Source: the human T2T-CHM13v2.0 reference genome, Homo sapiens. Taken from it: a stretch of 64,000 bases of DNA. A program made the translations under genes and the position numbers. Below, piece after piece: positions 57,201-64,000 of the stretch. Below the pieces are notes generated by a model. That model was given only the letters and a program-made list of their open reading frames with translations, ran no database searches and was not told the DNA's origin. Location of the stretch: the NCBI RefSeq assembly GCF_009914755.1, contig NC_060927.1; one strand, given 5' to 3'. Position 1 is the first letter of the stretch; the number at the start of each line of letters is the position of its first letter.

Positions 57201-60200
57201 AACTCTATGAGTTGAATGCACAGATCACAACGTGGTTTCTGCGAATGATTCTTTCTAGTTTTTACATGCAGATATTTCGTTGTCTACCGTAGGCTTCAAA
57301 GCACTCAAAGTATGCACTTGGAAGTTTTACAAAAAGAGTGTTAGAAAACTGCTCTTTCCAAAGTAAGGTTCAACTCTGTGAGTTGAATGCACACATAACA
57401 AAGAAGAAGTTTCTGAGAATTCTTCTGTCCTGGTTTATATGAAGAAATCCCGTTTCCAACGAAGGCGTCAAAGACGTTCAAATATCCACTTGCAGACTTC
57501 ATAAACAGAGTGTTTCCAAACTGCTCTATGAAAAGAAAGGTTAAACTCTGAGTTGAACACACACATCACAAAGTAGTTTCTGAGAATGATACTGTTTAGT
57601 TTTTATACGAAGATATTTCCTTTTCTACCATTGACCTCAAATCGTAGAATTCTCCACTTGCAAATTCCACCAAAAGGGTGTTTCCAATCTGCTCTGTCTA
57701 AAGGAAGGTTCAACTCTGTGAGTTGAATACACACACACAAAGAAGCTACTGAGAATTCTTTTGTCAAGAATTATAAGAAATCCCGTTTCCAACGAAGGCC
57801 TCAAAGAGTTCCAAATATCCACTTGCAGACTGTACAAACTAAGTCTTTCCAAACTGCTCTATGAAAAAGAAATGTTCAACTCTGTGAGTTTAATGCACAC
57901 ATCACAAAGCAGTTTCTGAGAATGATTCCGTCTAGTTTTTATACGAAGATAGCCTTTTCTACCATTGGCCTCAAAGCTCTTGAAATCTCCACCTGAAAAT
58001 TCGGCAAAAAGAGGGTTTCCAATCTGCTCTGTCTAAAGGAAGGTTCAACTCTCTGAGTTGAATACACACAACCCATAAGAAGTTACTTAGAATTCTTCTG
58101 TCTAGAATTATGTGAAGAAATCCCGTTTCCAACGAAAGCCCCAAAGAGGTCCAAATATCCAGTTGCAGAATTACAAACTGAGTGTTTCCAAACTCCTCTA
58201 TGAAAAGAAAGGTTAAACTGTGTGAGTTGAATGCACATATCACAAAGTAGTTCCTGAGAATGATTCTGTCTAGTTTTTATATGAACATATTTCCTTTTCC
58301 ACCACTGGCCTCAAGGTGCTTGAAATCTCCCCTTGCAAATTCCACAAAAAGTGTTTCAAATCTGCACTGTCTAAAGGAAAGTTCAACCCTGTGAGTTGAA
58401 TACACACACAAAAAAAAAATTCACTGAGAATTCTACTGTCTATCATTACACGAAGAAATCCCGTTTACTGCGAAGGCCTCAAAGAGGTCCAAATATCCAG
58501 TTGCAAACCTTACAAACTGAGTGTTTCCAAAGTGCTCTATGAAAAGAAGTGTTAAACACTGTGAGTTGAACGCACACATCACAAAGTAGTTTCTGAGAAT
58601 GATACTGTCTAGTTTTTATACGAAGATATTCCCTTTTGTACCATTGGCCTCATACTGCTAGAATTTTCCACTTGCAAATTCCACAAAAAGAGTGTTTCCA
58701 ATCTGCTCTGTCTAAAGGAAGGTTCAACTCTGTGAGTTGAGTACACACACACAAAGAAGCTACTGAGAATTCTTTTGTCAAGAATTATAAGAAGAAATCC
58801 CGTTTCCAAAGAAGGCCTCAAAGAGTTCCAAATATCCACTTGCACACTACACAAACTAAGTCTTTCCAAACTGCTCTAGGAAAAGAAATGTTCAACTCTG
58901 TGAGTTTAATACACACATCACAAAGCAGTTTCTGAGAATGATTCCGTCTAGTTTTTATACGAAGATAGCCTTTTCTACCATTGGCCTCAAGGCTCTTGAA
59001 ATCTCCACCGGAAAATTCCGCAAAAAGCGTGTTTTCAATCTGCTCTGTCTAAAGGAAGGTTCAACTCTCTGAGTTGAATACATACATCACAAAAGAAGTT
59101 ACTGAGAATTCTTCTGTCTAGCATTATGTGAAGAAATCCCGTTTCCAACGAAAGCCTCAAAGAGGTCCAAATATACAGTTGCAGAATTTACAAACTGACT
59201 GTTTCCAAACTCATCTATGAAAAGAAAGGTTAAACTCTGTGAGTTGAATGCACATATCACAAAGTAGTTCCTGAGAATGATTCTGTCTAGTTTTTATACG
59301 AAGATATTTCTTTTTCCACCAATGGCCTCAAAGTGCTTGAAATCTCCCCTTGCAAATTCCACAGACAAGTGTTTCAAATCTGCACTGTCTAAAGGAAGGT
59401 TCAACCCTGTGAGTTGAATACACACACACAGAAAAAAATTCACTGAGAATTCTATTGTCTATCATTACACGAAGAAATCCCGTTTACTACGAAGGCCTCA
59501 AAGAGGTCCAAATATCCAGCTGCAGACATTACAAACTGAGTGTTTCCAAAGTGCTCTATGAAAAGAAGTGTTAAACACTGTGAGTTCAATGCACACATCC
59601 CAAAGCAGTTTCTGAGAATGATTCCGTCTATTTTTTCTACGAAGATATTTCCTTTTCTACCGTTGGCCTAAAAGCGCTTGAAATCTCCACTTGCAAATTC
59701 CACAAAAAGAGAGTTTCAAATCTGCTCTGTCTAAAGGAAGGTTCAACTCTGTGAGTTGAATACACACCACAAAAAGAAGTTACTGAGAATTCTTCTGTCT
59801 AGCATTATATGAAAAATCCCGTTTCCAACGAAGGCCACAAAGAGGTCCAAATATCCACTTGCAGATTCTGCAAAAAGAGTGTTTCCAAACTGCTCTATGA
59901 AAAGAAACGTTAAACTCTGTGAGTTGAACGCAAACATCGCAAAGTAGTTTCTGAGAATGACTCCGTCTAGTTTTTATACGAAGATATTTCCTTTTCTACC
60001 ATTCACTTCAAAGCGCTTGAAGTCTCCCCCTGAAAATTCCACAAAAAGTGTTTCCAATCTGCTCTGCCTAAAGGAAGCTTCAACTCTGTGAGTTGAATAC
60101 CCACAACCCAAAGAAGTTACTGAGAATTCTTCTGTCTAGCATTATATGAAGAAATCCCGTTTCCAACGAAGGCCTCAAATACATCCAAATATCCAGTTGC

Positions 60201-63200
60201 TGACTTTAAAACTGAGTGTTTCCAAACTGCTCTATGAAAAGAAAGGTTAAACACTGTGAGTTGAACACACACGTACCAAAGTAGTTTCTGAGAATGATTC
60301 TGTCTAGTTTGCATACGAAGATATTTCCTTTTCTACCATTGGCCTCAAAGCTTTGAAATCTCCACTTGCAAATTCCACAAAAAGAGAGTTTCAAATCTGC
60401 TGTTTCTAAAGGAAAGTTCAACTCTGAGAGTTGAATACACACCAGAAAAAGCAGTTACTGAGAAGTCTTCTGTCTAGCATTATATGAAGAAATCCCATTT
60501 CCAACGAAGACTTCAAAGAGGTCCAAATATCCACTTGCAGATTCTGCAAAAAGAGTGTTTCGAAACAACTGTATGAAAAGAAAGGTTAAACACTGTGAGT
60601 TGAACGCACACATTGCAAAGCAGTTTCTGAGAATGATTCCGTCTAATTATTATACGAAGGTATTTCCTTTTCTATCATTGGCCTCAAAGCGCTTGATACC
60701 TCCACCTGAAAATTCCACAAAAAGAGTGTTTCCAATCTACTCTGTCTAAAGGAACGTTCAACTCTGTGAGTTGAATACACACACACAGAAAGAATTCACT
60801 GAGAATTCTTCTGTCTGGCATTACATGAAGAAATCCCGTTTCCAACGAAGGCCTCAAAGAGGTCCAAATATCCACTTGCAGATTCTGCAAAAAGAGTGTT
60901 TCAAAACCGCTCCATTAAAAGGAATGTTGAACTCTGTGAGTTGAATGCAAACATCACAACTCAGTTTCTGAGAATGCTTCTGACTAGATTTTATGGTAAG
61001 ATATTTCCTTTTCTACCGTAGGCTTCAATGCCCTCTAAATACACCCTTGCAAATTCTACAAAGAGACTGTTTCATAACTGCTCTATAGGAAGAAAGGTTC
61101 AACTCTGTGAGTTGAATGCAGAGATCACAACGTGGTTTCTGCGAATGATTCTTTGTAGTTTTTACATGAAGATATTTCGTTGTCTACCGTAGGCTTCAAA
61201 GCACTCAAAGTATTCACTTGGAACTTTTACAAAAAGAGTGTTAGAAAACTGCTCTTTCCAAAGTAAGGTTCAACTCTGTGAGTTGAATGCACACATAACA
61301 AACAAGAAGTTTCTGAGAATTCTTCTGTCCTGGTTTATATGAAGAAATCCCGTTTCCAACGAAGGCCTCAAAGACGTTTAAATATCCACTTGCAGACTAC
61401 ACAAACAGAGTGTTTCCAAACTGCTCTATGAAAAGAAAGGGTAAACACTGTGAGTTGAACGCACACATCACAAAGTAGTTTCTGAGAATGATACTGTCTA
61501 GTTTTTATACGAAGATATTTCCTTTTGTACCACTGGCCTCAAATCGCTAGAATTCTCCACTTGCAAATTCCACAAAAAGAGTGTTTCCAATCTGCTCTGT
61601 CTAAAGGAAGGTTCAACTCTGTGAGTTGAATACACACACACACAAAGAAGCTACTGAGAATTCTTTTGTCAAGAATTATAAGAAGAAATCCCGTTTCCAA
61701 CGAAGGCCTCAAAGAGTTCCAAATATCCACTTGCACACTGTACAAACTAAGTCTTTCCAAACTGCTCTAGGCAAAGAAATGTTCAACTCTGTGAGTTTAA
61801 TGCACACATCACAAAGCAGTTTCTGAGAATGATTCCGTCTAGTTTTTATACGAAGATAGCCGTTTCTACCATTGACCTCAAGGCTCTTGAAATCTCCACC
61901 TGAAAATTCTGCAAAAAGCGTGTTTCCAATCTGCTCTGTCTAAAGGAAGGTTCAACTCTCTGAGTTAAATACACACAACCCATAAGAAGTTACTGAGAAT
62001 TCTTCTGTCTAGCATTATGTGAAGAAATCCCGTTTCCAACGAAAGCCTCAAAGAGGTCCAAATATCCAGTTGCAGAATTTACAAACTGACTGTTTCCAAA
62101 CTCATCTATGAAAAGAAAGGTTAAACTGTGAGTTGAATGCACATATCACAAAGTAGTTCCTGAGAATGATTCTGTCTAGTTTTTATACGAAGATATTTCC
62201 TTTTCCACCACTGCCCTCAAGGTGCTTGAAATCTCCCCTTGCAAATTCCACAAAAGTGTTTCAAATCTGCACTGTCTAAAGGAAGGTTCAAACCTGTGAG
62301 TTGAATACACACACACAAAAAAAATTCACTGAGAATTCTACTGTCTATCATTACACGAAGAAATCCCGTTTACTACGAATGCCTCAAAGAGGTCCAAATA
62401 TCCAGTTGCAGACAATACAAACTGAGTGTTTCCAAAGTGCTCTATGAAAAGAAGTGTTAAACACTGTGAGTTCAATGCACACATCCCAAAGCAGTTTCTG
62501 AGAATGATTCCGTCTATTTTTTCTACGAAGATATTTCCTTTTCTACCGTTGGCCTCAAAGCACTTGAATTCTCCACTTGCAAATACCACAAAAAGAGAGT
62601 TTCAAATCTGCTCTGTCTAAAGGAAGGTTCAACTCTGTGAGTTGAATACACACCAGAAAAAGCAGTTACTGAGAATTCTTCTGTCCAGCATTATATGAAG
62701 AAATCCTTTTTCCAACGAAGACTTCAAAGAAGTCCAAAAAAATATCCACTTGAAGATTCTGCAAAAAGAGTGTTTCGAAACAACTGTATGAAAAGAAAGT
62801 TAAACTCTGTGAGTTCAACGCACACATTGCAAAGCAGTTTCTGAGAATAATTCCGTCTAATTATTATACGAAGGTATTTCCGTTTCTATCATTGGCCTCA
62901 AAGCGCTTGATATCTCCACCTGAAAATTCCACAAAAAGAGTGTTTCCAATCTACTCTGTCTAAAGGAACGTTCAACTCAGTGAGTTGAATACACACACAC
63001 AGAAAGAATTCACTGAGAATTCTTCTCTCTGGCATTTACATGAAGAAATCCCGTTTCCAACGAAGGCCTCAAAGAGGTCCAAATATCCACTTGCAGATTC
63101 TGCAAATAGAGTGTTTCAAAACCGCTCTATTAAAAGGAATGTTGAACTCTGTGAGTTGAACGCAAACATCACAACTCAGTTTCTGAGAATGCTTCTGTCT

Positions 63201-64000
63201 AGTTTTTATGGTCAGATATATCCTTTTCTACCGTAGGCTTCAATGCCCTCTAAATACACCCTTGCAAGTTCTACAAAGAGAGTGTTTCATAACTGCTCTA
63301 TAGAAAGAAAGGTTGAACTCTGTGAGTTGAATGCACAGATCACAACGTGGTTTCTGCGAATGATTCTTTGTAGTTTTTACATGAAGATATTTCGTTGTCT
63401 ACCGTAGGCTTCAAAGCACTCAAAGTATGCACTTGGAAGTTTTACAAAAAGAGTGTTAGAAAACTGCTCTTTCCAAAGTAAGGTTCAACTCTGTGAGTTG
63501 AATGCACACATAACAAACAAGAAGTTTCTGAGAATTCTTCTGTCCTGGTTTATATGAAGAAATCCCGTTTCCAACGAAGGCCTCAAAGACGTTCAAATAT
63601 CCACTTGCAGACTTCATAAACAGAGTGTTTCCAAACTGCTCTATGAAAAGAAAGGTTAAACTCTGAGTTGAACACACACATCACTAAGTAGTTTCTGAGA
63701 ATGATACTGTTTAGTTTTTATACGAAGATATTTCCTTTTCTACCATTGACCTCAAATCGTAGAATTCTCCACTTGCAAATTCCACCAAAAGGGTGTTTCC
63801 AATCTGCTCTGTCTAAAGGAAGGTTCAACTCTGTGAGTTGAATACACACACACAAAGAAGCTACTGAGAATTCTTTTGTCAAGAATTATAAGAAATCCCG
63901 TTTCCAACGAAGGCCTCAAAGAGTTCGAAATATCCACTTGCAGACTGTACAAACTAAGTCTTTCCAAACTGCTCTATGAAAAAGAAATGTTCAACTCTGT
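39245..64000 (-). repeat. Homogeneous alpha satellite higher-order repeat, SF1/SF01, 17 monomer types; most likely D3Z1 (chr3), present as 13-, 19- and 23-mer variants
   Basis: Marker CAACTCAG at 39391, 41601, 45501, 47717, 50943, 54843, 57057, 60957, 63172 (gaps 2210, 3900, 2216, 3226, 3900, 2214, 3900, 2215). 17 distinguishable monomers in B-A-A-B-A-B... order. HindIII site only in monomer 13 (44618, 53960, 60075). D3Z1 is known as a 2.9-kb HindIII 17-mer. CENP-B boxes in alternate monomers. Confidence 0.85.

Noticed and set aside
13594-63967. More than a hundred 60-146 aa ORFs with recurring motifs (FQNCSIKRKV, KHSFCRICKW)
   Set aside because: Chance translations of alpha satellite monomers; recurrence reflects the DNA repeat, frames break constantly and many start at GTG/TTG
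13539-64000. CRISPR-like regularly spaced repeats
   Set aside because: The whole 171-bp unit repeats with no unique spacers and no cas genes; this is primate alphoid DNA
39245-64000. Assignment to the chr6 D6Z1 18-mer, since 6116 bp is about 2 x 3058 and PRIM2 lies on chr6
   Set aside because: No 18-monomer period is present; walking the monomers gives 17 types with one HindIII site, and I saw no recurring BamHI site. This fits D3Z1 better, but needs an alignment to confirm

Overview
Human (or great-ape) centromere-boundary DNA; no complete protein-coding gene and no prokaryotic system. Bases 1-13538 are AT-rich intron-like sequence with old interspersed repeats (MER3, MLT1 LTR, L2, L1M, MIR, three AluS). 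They contain one isolated 68-bp minus-strand exon (10426-10493) that translates to [22 protein letters not shown](S), which I recognise as PRIM2 (primase large subunit p58). Its upstream intron is cut off about 3 kb away by alpha satellite, so this is a 5'-truncated segmental-duplication copy of PRIM2. From about 13539 to the end, the window is uninterrupted ~171-bp alpha satellite in one orientation (CENP-B boxes read on the minus strand), in three layers. (1) About 13.5-37.2 kb: divergent monomers with irregular A-box/B-box order (SF5-like) and relic local duplications. (2) About 37.2-39.25 kb: divergent SF1/SF01-type monomers. (3) About 39.25-64 kb: homogeneous higher-order repeat built from 17 monomer types with one HindIII site, best matching chromosome 3 D3Z1. 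No plain 17-mer occurs between successive copies of marker monomer 1. The order is 13-23-13-19-23-13-23-13, a ~6.1-kb 36-monomer super-repeat carrying a recent 3.2-kb tandem duplication and a conversion-like tract. The chr3/D3Z1 assignment comes from recalled literature, not a search. All supplied ORFs look spurious.
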